Below, one piece after another: positions 1 to 12,075 of a DNA stretch of 64,000 bases (position 1 is the first letter of the stretch; every line of letters starts with the position of its first letter). The stretch comes from Epithemia pelagica. Its lineage: Eukaryota > Protista > Bacillariophyta. Position numbers and translations under genes: made by a program. The notes under the pieces were generated by a model, which saw nothing but the letters and a program-made list of their open reading frames with translations, searched no databases and was not told the origin of the DNA. The stretch lies in NCBI GenBank assembly GCA_946965045.2, contig OX337236.1:1736001-1800000 (forward strand). Reading direction: 5' to 3'.

Positions 1-418
1 CTCCTGGGAACACATGAAGGAATTTCAGAACATTGTTTCCTCGTATGGTACCTTTTGCACCATTCGGAGAACCATGGGAGCCGACATTGACAGTGCCTGT
101 GGACAGTTGATAACCGCTGGGCAAAGCTCCTCGTCACCTACCACGAGCTCGGAGCAAGTGGCAAATCCTGTTCATGATATTGAGGACGCGGCGTCACCCA
201 CCAAATCCCAATCTCGTTCCTCCAGTCGCCCCTTGTCCGCCAGATCCCTCCTCCACAAAGCCGTTGGAAACGATTCAGAAGCTGGGAATAGCAATGAGGG
301 AAAACATGAAGGGAATCTGGAGAACTGGATAGTTCCTTTGTCCCTCGCCACGTCAATTTCGGCTACGTGTTTCGCTCTTGCAACTGTAGTCTTCCTGAAG
401 CAATCGCCCCGTCGATAA
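1..418 (+). CDS. rlmN: 3' end (partial) of an RlmN-like radical-SAM RNA methyltransferase, with a C-terminal hydrophobic tail
   Basis: The frame is open from the window edge: SWEHMKEFQNIVSSYGTFCTIRRTMGADIDSACGQL matches the RlmN C-terminal motif RxxxGxDIxxACGQL (with the second catalytic Cys). It is followed by DIED and a hydrophobic stretch LATSISATCFALATVVFL. Confidence 0.75.
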   Translation, partial: SWEHMKEFQNIVSSYGTFCTIRRTMGADIDSACGQLITAGQSSSSPTTSSEQVANPVHDIEDAASPTKSQSRSSSRPLSARSLLHKAVGNDSEAGNSNEGKHEGNLENWIVPLSLATSISATCFALATVVFLKQSPRR

Positions 419-631
419 TACGATTGAGGATATATTTGGCCATCCACATTTGGTAACAAGACAACAGTTTCTTGGTGTTATATTATTATTAGTAAGGTTT
501 AGTAATGATGCGAATACATTGTTTCGTCGGGTCCATCCCCTGGACCGAGTAATCCATATGTTTATGATTTAGTCAGTGGTTTTTGTGCACTTTGTCTCGT
601 GGCCGGTCTTGAATGACTGTGACGGAGAGGT

Positions 632-1473
632 CTAGCTAAAGAATCTACAGTCCGTTGTCGAACTCGTCGAAAAGAGTTTTCGTCGTTTGGAATTGCGTAC
701 CGGACTGATCTGAGGATAGTTCGATTGCCCCTGGATGTTGGTGGAGGCATTGGAAAACTGGTGACAGTGCCCACGTGAAACATTCAAATGCGATTCGGCA
801 TTGCTTTGCATAAGAGGCCCTCCAGGTCTCCAAGGGGCTGTCACACTGTGGCGCAGACGAATGGGAGAATGGTCCAGACGTCGTTTGGTTTGAAAGGAGC
901 ATGGAGAAGGGCCCAAAGCAATGGCAGGAGTGATGGATGCTGTCGAACACGGGGTTTCCGTTGACCGTTTGTGGATTGGTGATGTTGCCACCGCTCTTCT
1001 ACTAGCGACAAGAGCAGACCGTTGTTTTTGAAGTTTCCAGACATGGCGACGTTGCAATAGTTTTCTGTGGATGACTGGAGGAAGCGAAAAAAAGAAGATT
1101 AGAAACTCAGGTTTTTAACGCAATGGAGACGCAGCACAAGAACCGACTTACCCGTATGACCATGTTCAGACTCGGAGAATCTGCGTGAAGCTCCATCATC
1201 AGACTCATCTCTTCCTTCTACAGATTGTTGGTGAATGTCCAAAATTTCGTCCCACATATCGAAATCGCTTCGGTATGTGGTGGTATTGACAGAGTCACGG
1301 GCCGCAGCGGGAGCGTAGTTCAGCACCCGATACGCATTGCGTGACTCACTAGGATGCGGCATGTGATCGTTGCAAGCACCATCGTCCTGTGACATGGACG
1401 GTGAAGGAAGTTGTGAAGGTTGTTGACGTTCGCTGGTGGAGGCAGGGCAGTACGTTTCTCGGGTGTCCATCAT
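632..1473 (-). CDS. Hypothetical protein, probably 2 exons; the 3' exon frame is unresolved
   Basis: ATG ATG at 1473 opens MMDTRETYCP...GHTG. There is a GTAAGT donor at 1151 and a pyrimidine tract plus CAG acceptors near 1075/1065, which give different frames. No recognisable domain. Confidence 0.35.
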
Positions 1474-2183
1474 TGTGTTTTCCTTCCTTATCTTCCTCTT
1501 CAGTGGCAAACCGATCAATATGGAGTCCGGGATATGAACAATCCAATAAAAGTATTTGATGTATCTTGGAATGTTTTGACAACAAGAGTCAAACGGTGGA
1601 CCTATCTTGTTGATCGGTTGATTCTGTTTGAATCGCCATTTGCCGTTGTGTCGCTTATTTTGTGACAACGATTTGAGTTTTTCAAAAGTGTAGGTCGACA
1701 ATTCGCGAAGACAAGCGGCCGGTACATTCCTCGCTAGTCTCGTACAGTTTTACTCCATAGAGTCACACATGTTTGGAATCTTGAAATCGGATTTCACTTA
1801 ACGAGCACAGTGACTGAAACATCTTCGGGTGAAACAGTTGAACGCCATTCAAGCGTGCGTCCGCATGGACGGACGGTTGTCTCGCCATATTGAATTTTGG
1901 CGCACCGGTACACTCAAGACTATTGTACACTTGAAAAGGCCCATTGAGCGACGCCAGCGCAGGTCCCCCAAAGTCCCCCGACCTCTGCCTCCGATCTCCG
2001 ATTCCGTCGTGGAGGAGGGAACTCGACCGAAGTCCCGCCGCTCTCCTTCAAACTCGCGAATCGCGATAGCCTCGCTCGCAAAATGTCCGTCGCACAAAAT
2101 CTTCGTGAATGCCACCATGAAGATCTTACCGCCTCTCATCCATCCACGTCGAACAAAGATCCTCTTTTGTTGTGTTGGCAACG

Positions 2184-4558
2184 ATGAGCAACGAAGCTAC
2201 CAAGGAATCCGCGTCAGACGAGGAGCGTCGAAAGCTTTTGAAGCCGTCCATCTCACACGAGCAAGCCAAGGAGGTATTGGAGAAGAGCTATGCCAAGGAT
2301 GGGGACGAGATCCAAGTGGTGGAGCACCTCGATAGCTACGACGATGTGAATTTCAAGGTTGAGGTGGGCGGGACGCCATACTTACTCAAGATCCATAATG
2401 GCGTTGAATCAAAGGATTTTCTCAAGGTCTACGAGGCAGCTGAGAAGGATTTTTACAAGAGAGGAGCTTTGAATAGTGTCATTCACTTGCAATCCACAAT
2501 TATGGGGCTCCTCTCGGCCAAAGGAATTAGCACAAGCGAGCCTCAAATTGCGCGTGACACAAAGGCACCCGTGAGTGTTCATTCTCTACCAGTAGTGTCT
2601 ACAGAACATAGTCCTCAGAAACTAGCAGTCCGCCTATTTTCATGGGTTCAAGGCAAGCCCATGTCGGCAATGACTGTTCTTCCTATTGAGTCACTGGTGG
2701 ATGCAGGACGCTTCCTCGGCCGACTGGACAAAGTACTGGATCAACTCGGAGACGAGTCCAGTGATGCAAGTGGAAAAGACGGTTCCAAAAATGACAAGGT
2801 CGTTATGGATAGCAGTGTTCTAGAACCTGCAGCACGTTATCACCAATGGGATGGGAAACACACTTCCGATCTGCGTTCATTTACTCATTGCATTGAGAAC
2901 GAAAAGAGAAGAAATCTAGTCCTCTCAATTATTGATGCATTCCAACGAGACATTGTGGACTCGGGTGACTGCTCACAGTTCCGCGTAGGAGTCAATCATG
3001 GAGACTACAATGACGCCAATATTCTTCAGAAGGACGACTATTCCATTTCCGGTGTGATTGATTTTGGTGATTCAGTCCAGAGGTAAGACGTACGACATGA
3101 AACAACATCTTCTGAATGCCCTCTCCTCCAACTAGAGTTTCCGGCTTTCCTATGACCAATGATGAGAGTCGCCCGATTGACAAAATTGTTGTCGGAGATT
3201 TTTACCGTTTGGTTGACCGTGTCGGACACTTCATATCGAGGAGACAAAGAAAATCAGGGAATTAAAGCACCCGAATGTCAACGCTATCATGAATCGCCTT
3301 GTGCTCCCTTGACGAATTTCATGACGAAGGCATTCAAACAAGCAAAACGAAAAATTCTGAACCCTTTTTTCTTTTCTTTTCATGTTGATAGTTGGAGAGT
3401 GTTGGATGTGACAGTGGCAATGGCATATGCTATGCTTTCGACGTATGCGAAAGCAAACGGTGGCATTTCTGCTGCGGCTGCAGTCCTGCGTGGTTTCCAT
3501 ACCGAGTATCCATTGACAAGTGTCGAGAAAAAGCATCTTGCCTTGCTCGTGGCGTGTAGATTGGCTTGTTCTGTTACATTGGGCGCCTATTCGTACCAGC
3601 AAAACCCTTCGAATACCTACCTTCTTTTCCATGCCGAACCCGCTTGGAAGGCTTTGGAAATGCTGGAGGAGGAAACGGTCAGGTAAGGAATGCATGCTTC
3701 CGTGCGGCGAATCTGTGTAACATCGCTCCTCTTCTATCGGAACCATGCCCTCATGCTTTGTTTTCAAGACATGCTTTTTCAAAGGTTTTGGACCGGGCTT
3801 GTAACTATGATGGAGAACCTGGAAAGCTGATTACCTTTTCTGATTTGGTCCAGCCAGATCCTATGGTCGTGGACCTACTAGCATCAGTTCGGACTCAACC
3901 TCCAGAGATAGAATCACGACCTGCCAAGAAGCTCAAGACCACCCACAGCGATGGACGTCCAACCGTGACATTTGTCACTGGAAATCAAAAGAAACTGGAG
4001 GAATTAACAAGAATACTAGCAACAGCAGAGGGAAAAGAGTTCCCTTTCCATCTGACAAATAAAAAGGTCGAATTGAGTGAACTCCAGGGCAAACCGGAAG
4101 AAATTGCCAAGGAAAAGTGTTCCTTAGCCGCCAAAGAAGTCGGTGGAGCAGTCATCACGGAAGACACATCCCTATGTTTCAATGCGCTTGGTGGCTTACC
4201 AGGTCCGTATATCAAGTGGTTCCTAGAGTCTTGTGGACATGAAGGGTTGAACAAGTTACTGAAGGGATACCAAGACAAGACAGCGTACGCTCAGACTGTG
4301 GTTGCCTTTTGTGCTGGTCCCGATAAGGACCCAATTGTCTTTGTAGGCCAAACTGCCGGTACTATTGTCATGCCACGGGGTCGTTTGGATTTTGGTTGGG
4401 ACCCCATTTTTGAACCACAGGAGGGTGTAGGTGGCAAAACCTATGGCGAAATGACCAAGGAGGAAAAAGATTCTATTTCGCATCGAAGCCGAGCTCTGGA
4501 AAAATTCCGAACGTATATGATAGAACATCGAGAAGCGCTCTGCAAGGAGATCGAGTGA
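2184..4558 (+). CDS. ITPA: Fusion protein: APH/hydroxylysine-kinase-like domain + Ham1-family inosine triphosphate pyrophosphatase; exons 2184-3082, 3392-3682, 3769-4558
   Basis: Kinase motifs [10 protein letters not shown] and GVIDFGD. Splicing AG|gtaag(3083)...tag(3391)|TTGG gives DFGDSVQSWRVLD. Splicing AG|gtaag(3683)...caag(3768)|ACAT gives [12 protein letters not shown] in frame. ITPase motifs [34 protein letters not shown] and SHR follow. Confidence 0.85.
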
Positions 4559-4962
4559 GGCTTTCTCGTTTCCCAGAAGGAGTCGTACGGAAGGCATTCT
4601 CAATTCGCATATTGGTGGTTGATTGCACACGATTGCTGGTTGCAACTAAACTACACATATCATATACAACCCCTGCAACCAATGAGAAGATCCTAGCTGT
4701 GATGGTGGTATCGTAAGCAATTGCATCCACCGACATTGTTTCTGTTGTCCATCCTTCTAGTAGAAAACTCTTCACATCAAGGTTTAAACTAGCAAGCATT
4801 GCTATTGGCGGACCACATTAAGTATCAACTAGGAGTACGTTATAGGCAAAAGCAAATTTCTAGTAGAAGGAGAATGATCCTCCAACAAACTACATGGTTC
4901 ACAAACAAAGGAGATGGAATGATAATAATAATAATACTCATGAGAAATGGAACCCAAGGGAA

Positions 4963-7203
4963 CTACACCAGTCGCGCCATGACGGCATCGGCCGACGGTC
5001 CACACTCTCGCGGGAATTTTTGACGTGCTGCTTCCAAGAGTGGTTCTGTTTGTGCTCGTGCCAAATCGGGCAAATTGGCATCGTCTCCATACGATGTCAT
5101 GGCATCCAGAGCCAGACAGGCATTCTTTTGAACTCCCACATTGTCGGGATGGGCTGCCAAGGCATTCACAATCGCCGTAAAGCCACTGACCGAAGCCACA
5201 ATCGTGGCGCGATCACAACCACCAGCACGAATAATTTCCGTAATGGCTCCACAGGCCTCTTCTTGTACACTGGGATCACTCACATGGGCTTGCATGGCAC
5301 CGACAACTGCTGCCACGGCCCCCGAAGCGACAAAGGAAATTTCTTGTTGTTCGTCGGTATGGGCCATGGACTTGAGAGCTTGGCAGGCCTTTTCTTGTAC
5401 AATAACTTCATTGGGGTGCGCTTTCATGGCATTCACGACAGCTGCCACGGCGGAAAGGGCTATTCTGAGCAAGTATTCGTTGTTGTTCTTGGCCCGTTCA
5501 TCGACAATCCGCGTCACGGCCACACAGGAAAGCATTTGCACCCCCGCATCTTCTTCATGGGCCCACATACTGGTGATCACTTCGGCAATATCGACATCTT
5601 CTCGTTGTACCATCATGACGGCATCATGGTGCTCATCGCGAATCACACTGTCGGCAACTTTTTCTTCGCCCACAAAGGCATCGTCGGACAGCACGCGTTT
5701 GAGCGTCTCGTGTTCATCCAAATTCACTTGTTCCAGAGCACCCGGGAAGGCATCGTAGAGCGACTTGATTCCTCCACCAATCCATTGTTTTCCAGCTTCC
5801 ACAGCCAAGGTAAATGGATATTTGCCATTCTTATCCGCCATACTGGCAGCTTCCGGGAACTTGTAGAGCAGTTCATCCACGACATACTTTGTGTAAAAGG
5901 AAGGAAAGGCGGTCTCACTGGCCCGATCCGATGGTTTGGATCGCGCCGCATAATGCAATGGCAAATTACCTTCGGCATCGGGTTTGGTCAAGTCTTCGGC
6001 ATTCGTTTCCACAATGTATCGCAAGAGATCGGGGGGTGTTTCGACTTGCACGGCGCGATGGACCAACCGCCACTCATGAACCGAGTTGGAGGAAGACTTT
6101 TTGGTATGTTGACCCAAGAGCGAATTGGTGGCCGCCGCACTGGGGGAGGCATCCGGTCGTAAGAGACACTCGATAATTTTCCACGTATTGGCCGCCGCTG
6201 TCTTGTAGCGAAAGCGGTGATCCACCACTTCTTGTCGAGAATTGTCGCCTTCAAAAAACTTCTCGGCCAAATCAAATTGTCGGGTAAAACGACGATACAA
6301 GAGCGCCAATGGTTTGTCGCCGTCGCCCTTGTTTCCGACACCCACCATTTCCCCACAGGCATCGCGCAAGATGGAAATAAACTCGTACGTCACAGAAAAG
6401 GGTTCAAAGTCATCCGGCAGAGCTTGAATGGCCCGATACAAGGGTGTGACACCTCCCGTCTTGTCTTTTTCATTGTACACGACATCGTTGCGGACCAAAT
6501 ATTCTAAACTCGTTTCCATATCCGAAGTCAACAAGAGTTGGAGGACGGCCGATCGAGGGCCCCAGGATTCGGCCTCATCGCGCGCCGTGGCCCGTGTGGT
6601 CGTGGCCGTCTTGATGTGAATTGGTGCCACGCAGTAATGCAAGGGAATGTTTCCCTTGGCATCGGGAATTTGGACAGCATCCGGATAGGCTTGGACCAGT
6701 CCTTCAATGACACTGAGGAGATCGGTGCCACTCATGGCCAGTTTGGCCGCATCTTCATCCAAGAGTTGAACGGCCAAATGGAGGGGTGTCCATTGACTTT
6801 GTGGATGCTGAAATCGAGCCGATTCCGGCATGGACCCACAGACGGCCAAAATGCGATTGGCCAAGTCATCAATCACTTCTTCACCCGCCCGAGCTTGCAA
6901 CAACAATTTGTACAAGGTTGCCTGTTTCTCCAGTTCCTGATGAGAAGAGCCTGCTGCAGCACTGTGTGCCCCCAATGTGTTGTTGCTGTGAATTGCCTTG
7001 TTCTGTTCCGAATCTGTTGCCGAGAGTCCCGATTTGCTGGCTTGTTGCAACACTGGTTGCTGCTGCGAACCGGCCGCTGTAGGAGACGTGGTGGCCTTTT
7101 GTGTCGCAACTGCTGCTGATTGTTGTTGTTTTGTTGGTGCCTTGCGAGTGGCCTCTTCGCGTGCCCCTTCCGCCAGAGCGGGAGCACTTTGTTTGCAACC
7201 CAT
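4963..7203 (-). CDS. Ankyrin-like repeat + Armadillo repeat protein with N-terminal MGC acylation motif
   Basis: Starts MGCKQS at ATG 7203. Ankyrin-like units: WTPLHLAV, GNIPLHY, GVTPLYRAI, GNLPLHYAA, GKYPFTLAV. ARM units: DAGVQMLSC, NEVIVQEKACQAL, DPSVQEEACGAI, NVGVQKNACLAL. Single exon. Confidence 0.8.
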   Translation of the reverse strand: MGCKQSAPALAEGAREEATRKAPTKQQQSAAVATQKATTSPTAAGSQQQPVLQQASKSGLSATDSEQNKAIHSNNTLGAHSAAAGSSHQELEKQATLYKLLLQARAGEEVIDDLANRILAVCGSMPESARFQHPQSQWTPLHLAVQLLDEDAAKLAMSGTDLLSVIEGLVQAYPDAVQIPDAKGNIPLHYCVAPIHIKTATTTRATARDEAESWGPRSAVLQLLLTSDMETSLEYLVRNDVVYNEKDKTGGVTPLYRAIQALPDDFEPFSVTYEFISILRDACGEMVGVGNKGDGDKPLALLYRRFTRQFDLAEKFFEGDNSRQEVVDHRFRYKTAAANTWKIIECLLRPDASPSAAATNSLLGQHTKKSSSNSVHEWRLVHRAVQVETPPDLLRYIVETNAEDLTKPDAEGNLPLHYAARSKPSDRASETAFPSFYTKYVVDELLYKFPEAASMADKNGKYPFTLAVEAGKQWIGGGIKSLYDAFPGALEQVNLDEHETLKRVLSDDAFVGEEKVADSVIRDEHHDAVMMVQREDVDIAEVITSMWAHEEDAGVQMLSCVAVTRIVDERAKNNNEYLLRIALSAVAAVVNAMKAHPNEVIVQEKACQALKSMAHTDEQQEISFVASGAVAAVVGAMQAHVSDPSVQEEACGAITEIIRAGGCDRATIVASVSGFTAIVNALAAHPDNVGVQKNACLALDAMTSYGDDANLPDLARAQTEPLLEAARQKFPRECGPSADAVMARLV

Positions 7204-7969
7204 ACTAATCACCCTACAACTACTAACAAGACGACGACAAACTCAAATTCCAAAGCTTGATCACCCACAGTCCGTGATTGTGGTTTGCTTCCGTTTGGGA
7301 TGCGACAATTCCTCTTGAGCCTTGGCGTCTAGTAAAACCCACAACACGTTGTTGCTTGTTCTGGTTCCTCCTCCCGAAGGTATGAAGGACTGGGAGAATT
7401 GGAGTCTCCGGAGTCTGCCTCAATGGACGGAGTGCAAATTGGTCAAGAGGTCTTCGAGAGACTTGTTTCTCTCTCTCTCTTCAATAGAAAAAGCAAAGAT
7501 GAACCACAAAAAGCAGAAGTCGTGCGCTCCATTCTTGTGGATTCGGTGTAGGACCCGAGCGTTGGGTAGAACGGTTATCAGCATTGCGCACCAATTGGAT
7601 CCTATGGGATGGCCCGCTCGATTCAGAGCCGATAGCAAACGGTTGACCGTTATCGGCGGATGAGACCTACTTTTTCAATGCCCGCCACATTTTGGAGGGA
7701 CCATTCGGAACCCGGAAGTGCTCAAGGACGCGAATGTGAGACGCACATGCACCCCATCGGAAAGATTTTGGTTCCTTCTTTTCCTTCTGTCCAATTCTTA
7801 CTCAGAGACACACACACATGACGACGACTGTCAGAATCCGGAACATTATTGTCCAGGATTCTTTGTGAGAATTGGCAACGAATCATCATCGTCATCATCC
7901 TCCTGTCATAAAATTGAAAGTTGGAGTGTGGGAGAGAGACAAGTAAGGAGATGAAATCACTCAAGGACG

Positions 7970-9816
7970 ATGGATGTTTTTGCTGACTGTGCCATTCCTC
8001 CTCCATCATCCTCACAATTGCCACCACGGAATCATCGTCACCCTGACACGCCATTGCCTCGATTGTCGCAGTGTCGTGCCGAGTCGATACGAGGACACCA
8101 GAACAAGAATCATCATCCTGGTCCACCATCACAACAACAACAACAACAACAACAACATTATCGATATTCCATTCAAGGATTCTCGGCCTGTACCATCACA
8201 GGGGACCAGACAGCCACAAGTGTGAGAATACTTGGTGCAACAGCATGCTACGACTGGAAACGAGAAGATCGTCACAAGGTTTCGTTTCCGCAAGGAAGAG
8301 AATATGAGGATACCAAAACGTTTGATCCAGCGGCAACGACGGGGAGTCGGACCAAGGATACTGAGCCTTTGGAGGATACTGCTGCTAGTACTACAAAGAA
8401 TCATGGGCATGGTTCTTCGTTCCTCTTGGCTTTTGCGGGTGTCTTTGATGGTCATGGAGGTCCTCGGGCGGCCGAGTATTGTGCCCATGGCTTGCTGTCT
8501 CACATTCAGGAGGAGCTGAACACGGAGCCACACTGTGACACTTGTCATGGCATGAAACAGAACAACAAGAGGAAACGAAGAACCTATTCCACGCTCATGG
8601 AAGCCATGCTGCCGAAACGAAGCACCGGGGACCGTGAAGATTGTCCGGTACACTCGGACGAACCAGAGGACTGCACGGCATCGACCCGGGAAGCAGCCTA
8701 TATTCGAGCGTTTCACAATGCCCAACAAGGTTTTGGGTTGCAGTCTCAACCACAACCACCACATACTCGTCCGGTCCTGAGTCGATCGTCGTCGTCGTCC
8801 TCCTCCTCCTCCAAGTCATGGTCCTCCCGTTCCTTCCTCCAACGGTCCTGGTTGCGCAGTCTTCTTCTGGGTTCCGTTCCAAGTAGTGAAACCCCGGTAA
8901 ATGGGCGACACTTTGTGGATGGTGGAACGACAGCCTGTACACTTTCACTGGTAGGTCGATACATACAAGGACGAGCATGAAAACAAAAAAGTCTGCTTCT
9001 ATAGCAACTGTGGGAACTGCATCATTTATTCACTCGACTCTCATGGCTTGAATTCTGCCTTTTTTCCTCTCTTGTGCGCGAATAGTTTTGTGAGACACCA
9101 CCATCCACCAGAAACTCCCCTACGAAGGTTGCCAATGTCTATGCCGTCGTGGCCAATTGCGGCGATTCTCGCTTGATTTGCGATGACGGACAAGGAGGGA
9201 GCGTGTTTCGTCAAGTAACGCGTGATCACCGTCCCTTGGATGTCTTGGAATCACGTCGGCTGCAAGACTTTATCCAGTTGCAGGGACCGGCGGACCCATG
9301 TCATGTCGCGGTACGACAACGACGCACCACGTCTGGAAGTAGTAGTACAACTACTACTGCCGCACGATCCAATAGTCATACGGCTCGCATTTATCCAGGA
9401 GGATTGGCCGTGTCTCGGTCCATTGGAGATCTCAACTATTGCAAGGCCGTCATTCCCACACCCGATGTAGTTCAATGGAAATTGAAGGACCATGATGCAC
9501 CGAGGACCAAGGACGTTGCCACCACACATCGGTTTTTGGTGGCAACCGATGGACTCTGGGATGTCCTTTCGAACGAAACGGTTGGTCGGTTGGCAGCTCG
9601 CTTGGACGACGGGCATGAGATTGCACCCAAAGTTGCAGCGACAAGAGTCATGGAGCATTGCTTGGAGCGAGGAGGGTCTCTGGACGATGTAACCATTCTG
9701 TACGTACGACGACACGGTGCAATGTTGTGGTTGCATCGACGCCTTTGTCTCTCTGACTTGGTTCTCTTTGTGATTTTCTCGTTTGCAGGATCATGGATAT
9801 TACATTTCCAAGTTAG
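7970..9816 (+). CDS. Protein phosphatase 2C (PPM family); exons 7970-8950, 9086-9699, 9789-9816
   Basis: Motifs FAGVFDGHGG, DGGTTAC, VANCGDSR, LAVSRSIGD, VATDGLWD. Splicing gtacgt(9700)...ttgcag(9788) yields the canonical ending DDVTILIMDITFPS*. Confidence 0.85.
8131..8157 (+). repeat. (CAA)n microsatellite encoding poly-Gln in the PP2C N-terminus
   Basis: Direct ACA/CAA trinucleotide run. Confidence 0.9.
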
Positions 9817-10320
9817 GAGGTCCGACAAAGGACTCCTGGTATTACTCCAACAGTAATGATTACTCAAAGGACTTGTGACTCGTGCACAGAGGACACTTCT
9901 TTTGACCAGATTCACTAAGTGACTGTACCAGAAAACCCTTCAAGAGAATCAGAGTCATTGGTTTTTTTATTGTACTCCCCTGGCCTTTACGTCAAATTTA
10001 TATGGAAGGTGCGTTTTCGAGTTTTCTTCCTTATAAGCCAGAACAACGCAACACTCCAATGTTTATGGGGAAACATTCGTTTGCCAATGAATCTCCAAGA
10101 TGACAAAGCTAGGGTCTATCCGCTTAATCATTGATTTTGTTATGAGACTGTTGCTTCCATTCGGCCTGTGACGTATAGTGTTGAACTCGTGGGTCGTGGG
10201 GCCAGAGATGCTGTATTAGTGCCCCAAAAAGAAGCATAGATGTCATGTTAGAGCAACGACGAAGAAGCCACGCAACGAAGAATGTGGCCGCAGGCAATTG
10301 CAGTAGTGATGATCATGTCG

Positions 10321-12075
10321 TCAAGTGCTTGATTGACGACTTATCATGGCCTTGAGTTCGGCGATTTCCAGCTCTTTTTGTTTCTGCGCGTTCTTCCGAA
10401 CTGTATTGAGCTGGCCCCAAAATTCTTGAATGTTGTTTGGAACAAAACGTTTCTGTACACCCCACTGATTTTGTTTGTTGTTGGACGTGTGATACAAGAG
10501 TGACGCCCTAAATGCATCGGGATCGAGTGGAATGATGCGTTGTAAGTTGCACGACAGAACACCAACCAATTGAAGGCCTCCGCTCCAAAATTCGACCGTT
10601 CCTTTGGCGATGCCATCGTTCTGCCACCAATCGGAAGGATTGTACGGAGGCAAGAATCCACCAAAGCAGCGTTCCGTGTGCCATTCCAGAATTTGCCGTC
10701 GTGTCGCCATCCAACCACCCTGATTGTTGATCTTGTTACCATCGTTTAGTTTGGGACGACGTGTCTTGATGGGTATCTCTCCAAAGTATTCTTCTTCGTA
10801 ATTCTCACCCGTCCAAAATCGACCAATGCCACGATTCGGGTCTCTATAGATCGATTCGTTGTTCCCCGCTTGCAGCAAGACCCAACTTTGATCCGGCATC
10901 TGACGGACATGCAAAGCATTGATGGAGGTTTCCCAAAATCGCAACTGTTCCACTGAAGGTTGCTGATGTGCCTGTAAAGAGGATCGATGGCAACAAATCG
11001 AAGGATCAATCCTCTCGGGGGAAGTACGATTCCAGAGATAGTCAATGGGAACTTTGTTATCGCCCATCAGGTGTCCAGGGGCGTCTTCTCTTCGACGTGG
11101 TGAGACCCAGTCGGGCGATGGGACGACTTCCACTCGAATAAAGCCTGGAAGCATTCGTTTCAACGTGCTTTGTGTCATGGGACCATAAAACAGGGGCTCC
11201 TCCTTGTCGTTGCTAGTTGCGTGAATCTTTGGCAAGGTGCGTGGTGCCTTGGACCGAAGTTTGTACAACTGATTGGTCAAGTTGTGGTAATGTTGTATAT
11301 GAGCCCCATGAATGAGCATGTCATCCTCAAAGGCCACAAACAAGTCGTAGTGCGTCAACAGATCCTTGATAACGAACCGGTGTTGCCGTGCGAGGGCCCG
11401 TGTCACGGGTTCAATCACTTGAGAGGGGATGCGTCGACCACCTTTGCCAGGTTGTTTGGGTTTCATGACGAGATAGTTTTGATTGTCAAATGGTTCATAT
11501 CCATAGGGTGTCGCATTGGACCATACATATAAAGGAACATTGGGTGGAAATGAACCTTTCAACAGCCGATAGTGCTGAATGGTCACCTCGTAGTGGGCAA
11601 TCAAATATACGGCAACGTCATAGTCAGCCGACACCATGGAATGCACAGACTCGGATACGACTGGAACAAGTGTTGTACCATACCGATCGTATCCTTCCGT
11701 CGTGGCGCGGTACCCTGTATCATTGGCCGACAACGATGTCACCATGTACAGGACGCGCACCCGGTTGTGATCTCGGTCTGGAAAAACTGCTTGCAGCCGT
11801 CGATCCCTAGGCGAACCCGAAGGGTTTGTTGCATTCACCATCTTGGGCCATGAGGAAAGATATGAAAACTCTTGCTGCTTCATCCAAACCGCCGTTTGCT
11901 TCTGCATCTGCCTCGCGAGTCCAACAACGGAGCCATATCGAAACGCCCTGTGACAAAAGTTTGCCAGAGCAACCCAAAAGAGTAGAGCGCTGACAAACAG
12001 AGCTCCTTTCTTATGACCAGTCATGGCTACTTTCAAAACGACTGCTTTGTTTAGAGATATCTCAGGTATCTTCAT
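10321..12075 (-). CDS. Type II membrane protein of an orphan glycosyltransferase-like family (paralogue of 40504-42612)
   Basis: First ATG at 12075. N-terminal TM (GALFVSALLFWVALANF), then RVLYMVTS, RQHRFVIKD, YDLFVAFEDDML (DXD-like acidic motif), NNQGGWMAT, EFWSGG and YHTSNNKQ, all shared with the paralogue. Confidence 0.7.
   Translation of the reverse strand: MKIPEISLNKAVVLKVAMTGHKKGALFVSALLFWVALANFCHRAFRYGSVVGLARQMQKQTAVWMKQQEFSYLSSWPKMVNATNPSGSPRDRRLQAVFPDRDHNRVRVLYMVTSLSANDTGYRATTEGYDRYGTTLVPVVSESVHSMVSADYDVAVYLIAHYEVTIQHYRLLKGSFPPNVPLYVWSNATPYGYEPFDNQNYLVMKPKQPGKGGRRIPSQVIEPVTRALARQHRFVIKDLLTHYDLFVAFEDDMLIHGAHIQHYHNLTNQLYKLRSKAPRTLPKIHATSNDKEEPLFYGPMTQSTLKRMLPGFIRVEVVPSPDWVSPRRREDAPGHLMGDNKVPIDYLWNRTSPERIDPSICCHRSSLQAHQQPSVEQLRFWETSINALHVRQMPDQSWVLLQAGNNESIYRDPNRGIGRFWTGENYEEEYFGEIPIKTRRPKLNDGNKINNQGGWMATRRQILEWHTERCFGGFLPPYNPSDWWQNDGIAKGTVEFWSGGLQLVGVLSCNLQRIIPLDPDAFRASLLYHTSNNKQNQWGVQKRFVPNNIQEFWGQLNTVRKNAQKQKELEIAELKAMISRQSST

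Noticed and set aside
1829-2335. 168-aa ORF overlapping the kinase start, and the minus ORF 1849-2181
   Set aside because: Out of frame with the kinase, no motifs. Likely 5' UTR or promoter.
4894-6162. 422-aa + strand ORF
   Set aside because: Antisense shadow of the ankyrin-ARM gene, with no domain and atypical composition.
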